A stretch of DNA of 64,000 nt from Gammaproteobacteria bacterium (GCA_965205405.1 OZ242169.1:2697552-2761551); one strand, 5' to 3'; counted from the stretch's first letter, positions 1-9,389 are shown. Made by a program: numbers and translations. Notes: generated by a model from the sequence alone, not told the origin.

Positions 1-19
1 AAAGAGAGACACGACCAGC

Positions 20-1543
20 ATGCTTAATACTCTGGGCCAGATCCTGCCGATTGCCGCAGAACGATTCGGTAACAAAACGGCGCTGATTATTGATGACATC
101 ACCTTGAGTTTTAATGAACTTGAAAAACGCTCGAACCAGTTGGCCAATGCGCTTGTTTCATTGGGCGTAGAGACAGGTGACAAGGTAACACTCTACAGTC
201 CGAACAGCTGGGAATGGATTGTCGGTTATCACGCGGTTCTCAAACTGGGTGCTGTCATCAATCCCGTCAACGTGATGCTGACGCCGGGAGAAGTGGAGTT
301 TGTCGCAAACGATTGTGGCGCCACTGTCATCATAGCATCGTATGAAAAAGCACTATCCATTCAGGGTGTTAAAGAGAAGTCCGGGGTGCGTGAAGTCATT
401 GTGTTCGGTGATGGGCCCGTACCGGGAGGCATGCTTTCTTTTAACGAGTTGCTCAATGATAGCGATGATGAGTTTCAGGTGGCTGAGGTTGATACACATT
501 CTTTATCAACAATAGGCTACACCTCCGGCACGACAGGCCACCCGAAAGGCGCCCGCCTGTCTCATTACAATGTCCTGCTGAATGTGGAGATGACGGCACT
601 GATGCATCAAAGAAGCGAAAAGGATACGGTGGTCACGGCCTTGCCGTGTCCCCACGTGTACGGCAATGTCGTAATGAATGGTGCTTTTCAGTATGGCATG
701 ACCCTTGTGCTTCACCCCTTGTTCGAAGAACAGATCGTATTGCAGAGCATTCAGGACAACCGGGCGACCATGTTCGAAGGCGTGCCCACCATGTATATGT
801 TTCTGCTGAATCATCCACAACTCGACGCTTACGATCTGTCGTCGCTGCGGTGTTGCACTGTGGGCGGTCAGACGATGCCTGTACCGAAAATGGAAGAGGT
901 CGAAGAAAAATTTGGTTGTCCCTTGATCGAGCTTTGGGGGATGACCGAGTTAGGTGGTCTCGGGACCACATTTGCTGCGAACGGTCCGATAAAACACGGT
1001 TCCATCGGTGTGGCACTGCCTTACGTTGAGGCGAGAATTGCCGATACCGAAGATGCCCGCAAGACCCTGCCTGCAGGGGAAGTGGGCGAGCTGATGATCA
1101 AGGGCGGTATCGTTATGCAGGGCTATTACGGTAACGAGCAGGCAACCAGGGATACCATCGAGGCGGATGGGTGGCTGCATACGGGTGATGTGGCATCAAT
1201 GGATGAGGACGGATGTGTTTTTATTGTCGATCGAAAGAAGGACATGATCCTCACCGCCGGTTACAACATCTATCCGGCCGAGCTGGAACGGGTGATAGCT
1301 GGTCATCCCGATGTCGCACTAGTGGCAGTGGGGAGTATTCCCGACGAGGAAAAAGGGGAACTGGCCAAGGCCTATATCATTCCCCGGGAAGGTGCTGAAC
1401 CGGATGCCGAAATGATCATTAAGTACTGTCGTGAACACCTGGCGGCTTACAAGGTGCCCCGCGCTATCCAGTTTGTTGACGATTTCCCCAAAACCAGCAC
1501 CGGCAAGATAATGCGGCGTAAATTACCTGAACTGGATAGCTGA
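20..1543 (+). CDS. Long-chain fatty-acid/acyl-CoA ligase (AMP-binding, ANL superfamily)
   Basis: YTSGTTGHPKG P-loop, WGMTE, GWLHTGD and C-terminal PKTSTGKI motifs; 507 aa. Confidence 0.9.
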   Translation: MLNTLGQILPIAAERFGNKTALIIDDITLSFNELEKRSNQLANALVSLGVETGDKVTLYSPNSWEWIVGYHAVLKLGAVINPVNVMLTPGEVEFVANDCGATVIIASYEKALSIQGVKEKSGVREVIVFGDGPVPGGMLSFNELLNDSDDEFQVAEVDTHSLSTIGYTSGTTGHPKGARLSHYNVLLNVEMTALMHQRSEKDTVVTALPCPHVYGNVVMNGAFQYGMTLVLHPLFEEQIVLQSIQDNRATMFEGVPTMYMFLLNHPQLDAYDLSSLRCCTVGGQTMPVPKMEEVEEKFGCPLIELWGMTELGGLGTTFAANGPIKHGSIGVALPYVEARIADTEDARKTLPAGEVGELMIKGGIVMQGYYGNEQATRDTIEADGWLHTGDVASMDEDGCVFIVDRKKDMILTAGYNIYPAELERVIAGHPDVALVAVGSIPDEEKGELAKAYIIPREGAEPDAEMIIKYCREHLAAYKVPRAIQFVDDFPKTSTGKIMRRKLPELDS

Positions 1544-1592
1544 TTGAACTATCCGGGATGTTAAATTTTGTTGAAATAAGGAGATAAAGAAA

Positions 1593-2060
1593 ATGTCCGG
1601 GCATCAATTATTTCAAATTGTGTTTTGCAGTTTAATTATCTTTACATCTTTGTCATTAAGGGCAGATAGTGAAGTAGCGGGAAAGTCAGCGCCAATACCG
1701 TTGAGACTTGAGCCCTCCACAATTCCTTATTCAGAAATGAATACTGATTTGCCCTTATGGCCACAGGAAGACATTCTTTCGGGCATTTCAGAACACCGGT
1801 ACAAGACAATGTATTCAGGTGATATCGATGTGAGTATTTACGAAGCGAAACCAATGAAGTTACGATTAAGAGACTATCCCATTGATGAATATGTATTGGT
1901 AGTGAGTGGAAAACTGATACTGACGGCTGACGGAGGTTCTCCACAGCATTTTGAAGTCGGGGAGAGTGTGATGGTACCAAAAGGATTCACCGGGACCTGG
2001 GAAATGCAGGGAAATTTCCGGGAGTTGGTGGTGATAATTAATGATAAATTTCGTGAATGA
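1593..2060 (+). CDS. Probably secreted cupin-domain protein (DUF861/EutQ-like)
   Basis: Hydrophobic N-terminus; DEYVLVVSGKLILT...GESVMVPKGFTGTWE cupin motif; GGAG RBS. Confidence 0.7.
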   Translation: MSGHQLFQIVFCSLIIFTSLSLRADSEVAGKSAPIPLRLEPSTIPYSEMNTDLPLWPQEDILSGISEHRYKTMYSGDIDVSIYEAKPMKLRLRDYPIDEYVLVVSGKLILTADGGSPQHFEVGESVMVPKGFTGTWEMQGNFRELVVIINDKFRE

Positions 2061-2182
2061 AGAATTAACAATTTATTATCTGGTTTTGTAGACATTAACT
2101 ACGTTCGAGATAGATAGAGATATGACCTGGGCAAATCGTGTATTAAGAGTAAACCTTGTTAGCTTTTATATAACTTAAATTT

Positions 2183-2279
2183 TGTTGGGATAATCGTTGG
2201 GTAAAGATCAGTGAAGTGATATAAATAATATTAAAAACAACAGGTTAATCACCCATTTATATTCCCCCTTCCGGCACCG
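2183..2279 (+). mobile_element. Degenerate att-like end of a tyrosine-integrase island
   Basis: Tandem GTTGGG arm-like boxes, TAAAAACAACAGGTTA (IHF-like), then a tRNA-3'-end-like ATTCCCCCTTCCGGCACC. Confidence 0.5.
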
Positions 2280-2406
2280 TTTCTTACAGAGGTGGTCCCA
2301 TTTATCGGAACAACTTTTTTCATTTCTTAAGTGGATCCACAGCCCCTATTATGCTGCCTCCTGTGAAGGCAGCGAGTTAAAGTAAACCTGAATGGGCTAA
2401 CTAATC

Positions 2407-2471
2407 GGGTGGGTCAAAATTAAGTTGCAGAATAGTACCCAAGGTGGGTCAGTTTTTAGTTGCCGTTGACA
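2407..2471 (+). mobile_element. IS21-family-like right terminus remnant
   Basis: Two tandem GGTGGGTCA(A/G)...AGTTGC repeats, the second ending in GTTGACA; no istA/istB ORF present. Confidence 0.55.
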
Positions 2472-2544
2472 GTACACCTGGATCGTCTATTCTATAGTCG
2501 TCTGTATGGTGTCTGACACTTTCTGAGAGTAATGAGGTATTAAC

Positions 2545-2751
2545 ATGAATTTCACGGCAGTTGTTGAGCATTGCAAGGAAACGGGGCTATATGTAGGCTA
2601 CGTGCCAGGTTTTACGGGCGCCCATTCCCAGGGAGAAACCTTGGATGAGCTAAATAAAAACATGCAGGAAGTCATTACTTTGTTACTTGAAGATGGCATG
2701 CCTGAACTGGAAACTGAATTTATAGGCACGCAACAAATCGCAGTAGTCTAA
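2545..2751 (+). CDS. hicB: HicB-family antitoxin (short, no DNA-binding domain)
   Basis: YVGYVPGFTGAHSQGETLDEL...MQEVI motif; directly upstream of hicA. Confidence 0.85.
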   Translation: MNFTAVVEHCKETGLYVGYVPGFTGAHSQGETLDELNKNMQEVITLLLEDGMPELETEFIGTQQIAVV

Positions 2752-2754
2752 GAC

Positions 2755-2985
2755 GTGTCAAAAGTCCCTGTTCTTAAACCGCAGGAAGTGATGCGCTTAC
2801 TGAACTCTGCAGGTTTCAAAGAAACAAGGCGCCGCGGCTCACATAGGCAGTTTCGTCATCCGGACGGCAGAGCAACAACTATTCCATTCCATAAAGGCCG
2901 TGATATTTCTCCAATTTTACTGCGGCAAATCGCAAAAGATGTTGGGCTTACCGTGGATGAGCTTCTGCGTGGGAACTCCGATTAA
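2755..2985 (+). CDS. hicA: HicA-family mRNase toxin
   Basis: GF...RRGSHRQFRHPDGRATTIPFH...LLRQIAKDVGL motif. Confidence 0.9.
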   Translation: MSKVPVLKPQEVMRLLNSAGFKETRRRGSHRQFRHPDGRATTIPFHKGRDISPILLRQIAKDVGLTVDELLRGNSD

Positions 2986-3050
2986 TAATCTATCCCAATG
3001 CGTTTAAATGGAAAAACCACAAAATCTTCATGAATACAGCCCCAAAATAA

Positions 3051-3146
3051 TGTTGGGAAAATGTTAGAATAGACAACATGCACAACAATTTACGTTAATA
3101 AAAACAGCAAGTTATATTACAGTTTCTACTCCGGCCATCGGTACTG
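3051..3146 (+). mobile_element. Second degenerate att-like island end
   Basis: TGTTGGG/TGTTAG boxes, TAAAAACAGCAAGTTA, then tRNA-end-like ACTCCGGCCATCGGTAC; same layout as 2183-2279. Confidence 0.45.
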
Positions 3147-3280
3147 ATAACAACCCACTGGTTATCACGGGTTTTAAGCAGTCTATCTGGAAACTCAACG
3201 TCCTCTCTTGGGAGATTTCACTGCTGAGTTTGAAGCCAGGGGGGATTAGTTGTTAAAAAATATCAAAATACGCAGGTCAA

Positions 3281-3568
3281 TCATTTTAAATCCACAAATA
3301 CATTCGGATGTTGTTCGGCAATTCGCAGAAGGGCAATAGCCGGGCCTTGCGGCTGCCGCCTCCCTTGTTCCCAGTCCTGCAGAGTACGCAGGCTTACCCC
3401 GAGCATGCCGGCAAACGCCGATTGTGACAATTCTAACTTTGAGCGAATGGCTTTTGGTTCTGACGGCACAGAGAGCCTGGTCGTCTTAAGTTTTGTCTTA
3501 CCCTTCTTGTACTCCTGAATTTCTTTAAGGCCTTCGAGGATTTCAGTTCCGATATCACGATTTGTCAT
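3281..3568 (-). CDS. XRE HTH antitoxin (HigA/YiaG-like)
   Basis: IRSKLELSQSAFAGMLGVSLRTLQDWEQGRRQP HTH; overlaps upstream toxin. Confidence 0.85.
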   Translation of the reverse strand: MTNRDIGTEILEGLKEIQEYKKGKTKLKTTRLSVPSEPKAIRSKLELSQSAFAGMLGVSLRTLQDWEQGRRQPQGPAIALLRIAEQHPNVFVDLK

Positions 3569-3890
3569 GCTTAATGGCCTCCGCTATTTGTTTGAGTGTA
3601 TGGCCGGGAATCGTTGAGCGTTCCGATTTGTCATAGAGCGTCAACATCCAGATTTCATGATCAGACGGTTTCCAGTAATAAATCACTCGAACCCCGCCAC
3701 TTTTACCACGGCCACTTCGCGCCCAGCGTACTTTCCTTACTCCACCGGAGCCACGGACCAGGTTGCCGGTATCCGGTTTCATCATCAGATACGATTGCAA
3801 CGCTCCGTATTCATCATCAGTCAGATAGTCTGGGAGTAACCGGGTAAATAAGCTGGTTTCCATAAAAACAGGACGTGGAAGTTCGCTCAA
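3555..3890 (-). CDS. RelE/HigB-family toxin (start may be ATG 3863)
   Basis: GSGGVRKVRW...GKSGGVRVIYYW...IWMLTLYDK motif. Confidence 0.85.
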   Translation of the reverse strand: MSELPRPVFMETSLFTRLLPDYLTDDEYGALQSYLMMKPDTGNLVRGSGGVRKVRWARSGRGKSGGVRVIYYWKPSDHEIWMLTLYDKSERSTIPGHTLKQIAEAIKHDKS

Positions 3891-3932
3891 GGCCTGCAGC
3901 TTGTCAATCTACTAGAAGAAAATAAAATTACT

Positions 3933-3961
3933 TTGACATTAAACCAACAGTATATTAAAAT
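3933..3961 (+). promoter_or_regulatory. Sigma70 promoter upstream of abiF leader
   Basis: TTGACA (3933-3938), 17-bp spacer, TAAAAT (3956-3961). Confidence 0.8.
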
Positions 3962-3967
3962 TGTTTT

Positions 3968-4020
3968 TAATAACAGCTGCCACGCCTCTCACTGAAGCGC
4001 TACCTTGGCGGCTTTTTTTT
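3968..4020 (+). ncRNA. Candidate small structured RNA (abiF-associated antitoxin RNA) ending in an intrinsic terminator
   Basis: Stem AGCTGCCA/TGGCGGCT enclosing a 23-nt loop, then T8; lies between a strong promoter and the abiF ATG. Confidence 0.6.
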
Positions 4021-4035
4021 GCCTGGTGATTATAT

Positions 4036-4944
4036 ATGGAATATACAAAACCTGCTTGTTCAGAAGAAGAACATTTAAGGATTTTGGAAGAACGAGGGCT
4101 TCTGATACCGGATCCTGATAAAGCTGTCCACTATCTCAAGTATATTGGTTATTATCGGCTAACAGGGTATTGCCTCCCTTTCCAGTGTGGTGAAAAAGGA
4201 GATCATGCTTTTTTAAATGGGACAGCATTTGATGATGTGCTCAGGCTATATCTCTTCGACAGAAAACTCAGGTTGCTTGTACTGGATGCGATTGAGGAAA
4301 TTGAAGTTGCGTTTCGAGCAGTTCTTTCAAACACTATGAGTCTAGCACATGGCCCACATTGGTATCTGGATAAAAATCACTTTGGAAACAGATATGGGAA
4401 TAAAGGAGGCCGGCCATATGACCACGAAAAATTACTTCAAGAAATAGATAACGCCGATAATGCCTCTCTTAGACATTATCGCAGCACATATTCTGGCCCT
4501 GAATATCCACCTAGCTGGATGGTGATAGAGGTTCTTTCTTTCGGTACCTGTTCTATATTATTTGCTCACATCAAAAAGCGTCAAATAGCATTAGTCAGCA
4601 ATAAATTGGGATTGGAACCCAAGCTCTTGGTATCTTGGATGCAGGGCCTTGTTGTTTTGAGAAACATATGTGCTCATCATGGTCGTCTTTGGAACCGAAA
4701 ATTTCCCCATACTTTATCTACCCGGGGGAAAGTTCCGGAAGATTTGTTTGGGAATTTTGCTCAAAGTAAAATGTTCTACGAGTATGCCTGTCTAATCATG
4801 TATTTTCTGAAACTCATTTCTCCAGAAACAACTTGGGCAAAAAAATTATCGAAGCTCATTACAGAACATACTAGCCTCAATATATCTGACATGGGATTTC
4901 CAGAGGACTGGAAAAATAGAATTATTTGGAAAAATTACCTATAG
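4036..4944 (+). CDS. Abi_2/AbiF-family HEPN protein (abortive infection)
   Basis: IGYYRLTGY, LYLFDRKLR, IEEIEVAFR, PPSWMVIEVLSFG and HEPN RNICAHH motif; AT-rich. Confidence 0.9.
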   Translation: MEYTKPACSEEEHLRILEERGLLIPDPDKAVHYLKYIGYYRLTGYCLPFQCGEKGDHAFLNGTAFDDVLRLYLFDRKLRLLVLDAIEEIEVAFRAVLSNTMSLAHGPHWYLDKNHFGNRYGNKGGRPYDHEKLLQEIDNADNASLRHYRSTYSGPEYPPSWMVIEVLSFGTCSILFAHIKKRQIALVSNKLGLEPKLLVSWMQGLVVLRNICAHHGRLWNRKFPHTLSTRGKVPEDLFGNFAQSKMFYEYACLIMYFLKLISPETTWAKKLSKLITEHTSLNISDMGFPEDWKNRIIWKNYL

Positions 4945-4969
4945 GAAACGAACAGAACAATATTTAATC

Positions 4970-5257
4970 ATGAAAAAAATAACCACAGACAATATCTTTG
5001 AGGATATCGGTTTCGATAAACAGGAAGCCGCCAACATGAAATTCCGTGCGGAATTACTGCTGGAAATCCGGGAATACATCCGTAAGAAGGGCCTCAAGCA
5101 GAGGGATGCCGCTGCCTTACTAAGTATCAACCAGCCTGAAGTCAGCGCACTGATGAACGGTCATATCTTCAAATTCAGTATCGATGCTCTAGTGAATATG
5201 TTGGCCAGGGTGGGGAGGGAACTGAAAATTACCACACGGCCTAGGAAGGCGGCTTGA
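4970..5257 (+). CDS. Orphan XRE/HTH_37 antitoxin-like regulator
   Basis: NIFEDIGF...GLKQRDAAALLSINQPEVSALMNG..KFSIDALVNML motif; no cognate toxin ORF adjacent. Confidence 0.8.
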   Translation: MKKITTDNIFEDIGFDKQEAANMKFRAELLLEIREYIRKKGLKQRDAAALLSINQPEVSALMNGHIFKFSIDALVNMLARVGRELKITTRPRKAA

Positions 5258-5344
5258 GGCGTGTTATTCACATGAATTGAATTACTTATTTTCGAAATTT
5301 TTGTGACCAGATAGATATTTCTTGAGTGGTGCGGCAACCTTTAT

Positions 5345-6383
5345 CTAGAAGTTATCCTTGTAAACCATACCTTCCCGCATGACGAAAACGACTTTTTTCA
5401 ACTCGTTAATATCAGCCAGGGGGTCAGCGGTAACGGCGATCAAATCGGCAGACAGGCCTGGCTGCAGACTGCCCACCTGATCTTCCATGCCGAGAGCGGC
5501 GGCGGCGTTAACAGTTGCAGTCTCAATCGCTTCCATTGGTTTCATCCCAATTTTGATCAATTCCTGGAATTCACCGGCATTATCACCGTGTTCAACCACG
5601 CCGATGTCCGAACCGAACGCGAGCGTAAAACCACGCTTATGTGCTTCCTGCGCAGAGTACGGTTGTTGCTTGATAGACAATAACCGGTTCAGAATCGGGT
5701 CAGGCAGCCAGCCTGTCGTGCCTGAACGTACTGCCGGAATTATAAAAATTGATTGCATCTGCCCCGCGCTTGACCTGCTCGCGTACGGCGCGCCGGCAAT
5801 CATCCGCCCCATTACAGACCCCTTCCGGCCCAATTACTGCTTCTACCTCTGCGCGGTACAGCCCCGTACGTGATTTTCCTGTGTGTGAAATCGGGCTGCC
5901 GACGGCAATAATGCGCGGCCCCGGTAACCTGTGTTCACGGGTAGCGCGACGCAAGGAATATATCGCTTCCTCGTGGGCGCGCCGACCGGTGCCCAGGTCC
6001 AATACTGTGGTAAATCCGGCCTCAAGACTTAGCCGGGCGAACTCTGTCGCCCTTATAGCCAGATCTGCAGAAGTTTCCGTAACAACACGCAGGGATCCAC
6101 CTGGTGTTAACCGGGAGGTAAGGTGGACATGTAAATCGATTAGTCCGGGCAGGACAAAGCAACAGGACAGATCAACCACCCTGCCATTGGAAGGGTTTGT
6201 AAATCCATCCTCAATCCTGCTGACTTTGCCATTTTCTACGATAATGGTCTGGTCCGTCTGCACGCCCTCGCCGGGCACGGCCAGCAAGCTTCCGGCATGG
6301 ATTATCAATACCTCTGCCTGGCTTTGCGCTGGCTCAAACAGGAAAAGCCAACAACAAATGGCTATGATTAACTGCCGTTTCAA
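5345..6383 (-). pseudogene. Secreted metal-dependent amidohydrolase, split by internal deletion and frameshift
   Basis: N-half 5700-6383 has LPGLIDLHVHL; C-half (about 5345-5715, other frame) has AFGSD...ATVNAA...ADLIAV; central HAHG/EHG segment absent. Confidence 0.75.
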
Positions 6384-6583
6384 GTCAGAAACTCCAACTG
6401 ATGGATGCGCCTATTGTCCTGTTTGTGGAAAAAGCTGCCATCCCTGTTGAACTGTGTCCGTGTTATCCGAACTGCTTAAACAAATTTATTGCCTATATCA
6501 TGTAAACTGAACATAGAAATTTCACACGACAGTCAGACTACATTTACAGTATAGGAAACTCTACTTTCCCTCGGGGATTTATA

Positions 6584-7449
6584 ATGATTACCGGTCCTAC
6601 TTCCCATAGGTATATTTCCCAGCGCCTGCGCCTGCACTATGTTGACTGGGGCAATCCACCGCGCTACCGTTGTTGCTGGTACATGGAAGCAGGGACCATT
6701 GCCGTAGCTGGGACTGGGTCGCGCGCGAACTGGCACAGGACTGGCACGTCATTGCGCCCGACCTCAGGGGTCATGGCGATAGTGACTGGTCACCGGATGG
6801 CACTTATTCGATGTCGGCTTTTGTCTATGATCTGGCCCAGTTGATACACCAGCTTGAACTGCGGTCGGTCACAATTGTCGGACATTCTCTGGGTGGTTCC
6901 GTTTCATTGCGCTACACGGGTCTGTATCCGGAGGCCGTACGCAAACTCGTTGCTATTGAAGGATTGGGATTAGCGCCGGAAAAGCAGGTGAAACAGGAAA
7001 CCATACCTATGGTGCAGCAACTGCGTACCTGGATAGAAGAAAGGCGGCAGTTGGCGGGAAGACAACCGAAACGCTACAAATCGTTGGCAGAGGCTTACCG
7101 GCGCATGAAGTCCGCAAACAGTTATTTGTCGGATGAGCAGGCGCGCCATCTCACCGATCACGGCATAAACCAGAACGAAGATGGTACTTACAGTTGGAAA
7201 TTCGATAACTGCCTGCGCGTTATGCCGCCTGTGGACCTGGAGCCGGAGGTCGTCAAGGAGCTTTGGGGTTCGATTACCTGTCCCACCCGTTTGATCTACG
7301 GTAAGGACAGCTGGGCATCCAACCCGGCAGAAGACGGCAGACTGGATTATTTCCGCAATGCTGAGGTTTCCCTGTACGAAAAAGCCGGCCACTGGCCACA
7401 CCATGATCAACTCGAGCAGTTTGTAGTAGAATTGCGTGAGTTTCTGTGA
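6584..7449 (+). pseudogene. Alpha/beta hydrolase with a 1-bp frameshift near 6657 (real or sequencing error)
   Basis: SQRLRLHYVDWGN in one frame continues as PLLLVHGSRDH...GHSLGG...GHWPHHD in another. Confidence 0.75.
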
Positions 7450-7541
7450 TTACCTTAGTTGCCTGTTATATGCTACAGGTGTATTTCAACAGTATGGAAA
7501 TGTCTGTGTTTGCCCTGTCATATGCAAAAAAGGCGTCAGGG

Positions 7542-8879
7542 TCAAGACGAGGATGTTGCGATGGATGTGGTTGGATCACTCGGGTCCCGCTCAGGCCCAG
7601 ACGCTCCCTGACTACCGGACAGCGCTGCAACTGCCACACCGGTAATCCGTGCGGCTACCCGGGCCTCGCCATGCGTGAAAGCGGGTTCGTAATAGCTGAT
7701 ATCGCCGTCCGTCATACCCGCATTCCTGCACAGGCCGCGCCATTCCCTTTCGATGACATCAAGCATCGCCTTTAGCATTTTCACAGCCGTATCCTGTGCT
7801 ACGCCGAAATACGGCGCCGCATCAACAGCCGCCTCTATGGAGGCCGCATTGCCGCTCAGTTCACTGATGCCGGTCTTGAGATGCGGGTGACGTAGCGGTT
7901 GCGGATTGATATCAAAGGCAGGCGACAACCGCCAGCGGTTGTTGCCGGCATAGAGAAATCCGTGGTTCTGCAGGTGATCATCATTGTTGGAGACCAGAAT
8001 ATTAAACAGGATCCGGCGGTACAACTCATGCAGTTGCTGTTCCGGCTCTGCGCAATGAGCAACCATCATGTCGGCAATATCAGTGTAGTAGACAGGACCC
8101 GGGACTTCCCGTCCGATGAAGGTTCTGGCAGAGATGTAGGGAATGCGCTGCCGGCCGTTCCGGTCGAAGCGGGCAATGATAGCGACCGGCTTATCGGTGT
8201 TTTCCAGTCCGATACGGGCGCGGGCCGCATTGATGCCGGTTCTGCCGGCCAGGTGCAACGTTGCGACCTCCGCCCGCTCAACCGGCGCCTTGTCATGCTG
8301 TGATGTGAACTTGATGATGGACAGTACCCCGTCATCATCCAGATTCGATTTAGGGCGCGCCCCGCCCAGTGAGCTGACGTAGCCCTGTAATTGGGCGATG
8401 ACTTCTTTTTCGAGTGGCGAGTTCGTCTCCCAGGCATGCGCCAATCTGCGCAGTTCCGGCAGATCGGCAAGACGCAGCAGCGCCGGCGTTTTGTCTGACA
8501 GGAAGACACCGTCTTCATCACGGAAGCGTAATGCGCCCTGCCGGGTCAGGTCAGCCGCCATGATGAGGTAATCAATCTCATCCGCGCGCCGGCCCAGCGT
8601 CGCATTAATCAGTGTCCGCCCCCAGGCATCGGGGGACGCATCGGCAATCGGGTCGGGCAAAGCCAGCCCCGGCTTGTCCCTGACGCCTGTGCTGAAAAAG
8701 GGGGCATCGATTAACGGCATGGCAGGGGAGATGGCAAAGGCATCCTGCCGTTCCAGCCATGCAGACGCATAGCGGAACATGCTGAACTGGCGGTCTCCAT
8801 CCTTTTCAAAAACCAGCTCACCCACCTTGACGGCATCACTGCCCAGGACGACTTCGGCGCGAACCCTCCGCTTGCTCAC
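7542..8879 (-). CDS. hipA: HipA-family Ser/Thr kinase toxin
   Basis: SLGGARPK, NNDDHLQNHGF, LSPAFDINP motifs; N-terminal PDAWGR couple domain. Confidence 0.9.
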   Translation of the reverse strand: MSKRRVRAEVVLGSDAVKVGELVFEKDGDRQFSMFRYASAWLERQDAFAISPAMPLIDAPFFSTGVRDKPGLALPDPIADASPDAWGRTLINATLGRRADEIDYLIMAADLTRQGALRFRDEDGVFLSDKTPALLRLADLPELRRLAHAWETNSPLEKEVIAQLQGYVSSLGGARPKSNLDDDGVLSIIKFTSQHDKAPVERAEVATLHLAGRTGINAARARIGLENTDKPVAIIARFDRNGRQRIPYISARTFIGREVPGPVYYTDIADMMVAHCAEPEQQLHELYRRILFNILVSNNDDHLQNHGFLYAGNNRWRLSPAFDINPQPLRHPHLKTGISELSGNAASIEAAVDAAPYFGVAQDTAVKMLKAMLDVIEREWRGLCRNAGMTDGDISYYEPAFTHGEARVAARITGVAVAALSGSQGASGPERDPSDPTTSIATSSS

Positions 8880-9220
8880 GATGTCGCCCCCGCTTCGCCT
8901 AAACCGGCTTTACTCCTGCTGTGACGAATCCGCTTGGGCAGCGATTCCATATCAAACAGAAGCCCGGTATCATCCGTTGCAATATCCAGCAAGTCATGCA
9001 GCCGCCTGATTTCACCCAGCGCCAGCAAGGCCATGGCCAGCGCCTGAAGCGAGACACCGGGTTCTCCTTTTTCCAGCCGGATTACCGTGCCTTGCGACAT
9101 GCGCATCCGGGATGCGAAGTCGGCCAGCGACATGCGGCGTTTGCGACGAGCAATATTGATGTCTCGTCCCAGCCGCGCCAATGCCTTTTTAACTGCAATA
9201 GATTGAGTATTATTTCTCAT
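8876..9220 (-). CDS. HipB-like XRE HTH antitoxin
   Basis: LGRDINIARRKRRMS...RLEKGEPGVS; 4-bp overlap with hipA. Confidence 0.85.
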   Translation of the reverse strand: MRNNTQSIAVKKALARLGRDINIARRKRRMSLADFASRMRMSQGTVIRLEKGEPGVSLQALAMALLALGEIRRLHDLLDIATDDTGLLFDMESLPKRIRHSRSKAGLGEAGATS

Positions 9221-9360
9221 ATACTATAATATATAGCAACTTATGATGAAAATCAACTGGATCACGCGGAACTATGGACAACCCGGTACTGACAACTTAA
9301 CTCCGTGCATCGTGAGCTGATCCCAGATACTATTGAAGGATCCCTACGAAATCGCAGTCC

Positions 9361-9389
9361 CGCCATTCCCGCGCAAGCGGGAATCCAGT
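9361..9389. repeat. CGTC-type REP palindrome
   Basis: CGCCATTCCCGCGCAAGCGGGAATCCAGT; related copies at 23919-23948 and 61587-61675. Confidence 0.7.

Noticed and set aside
2100-5340. Integron cassette array as explanation for the TA cluster
   Set aside because: No attC repeats or intI found; boundaries look like tRNA-type att scars.
7436-7775. Short plus-strand ORFs after the hydrolase
   Set aside because: Mostly antisense to hipA with no motifs.
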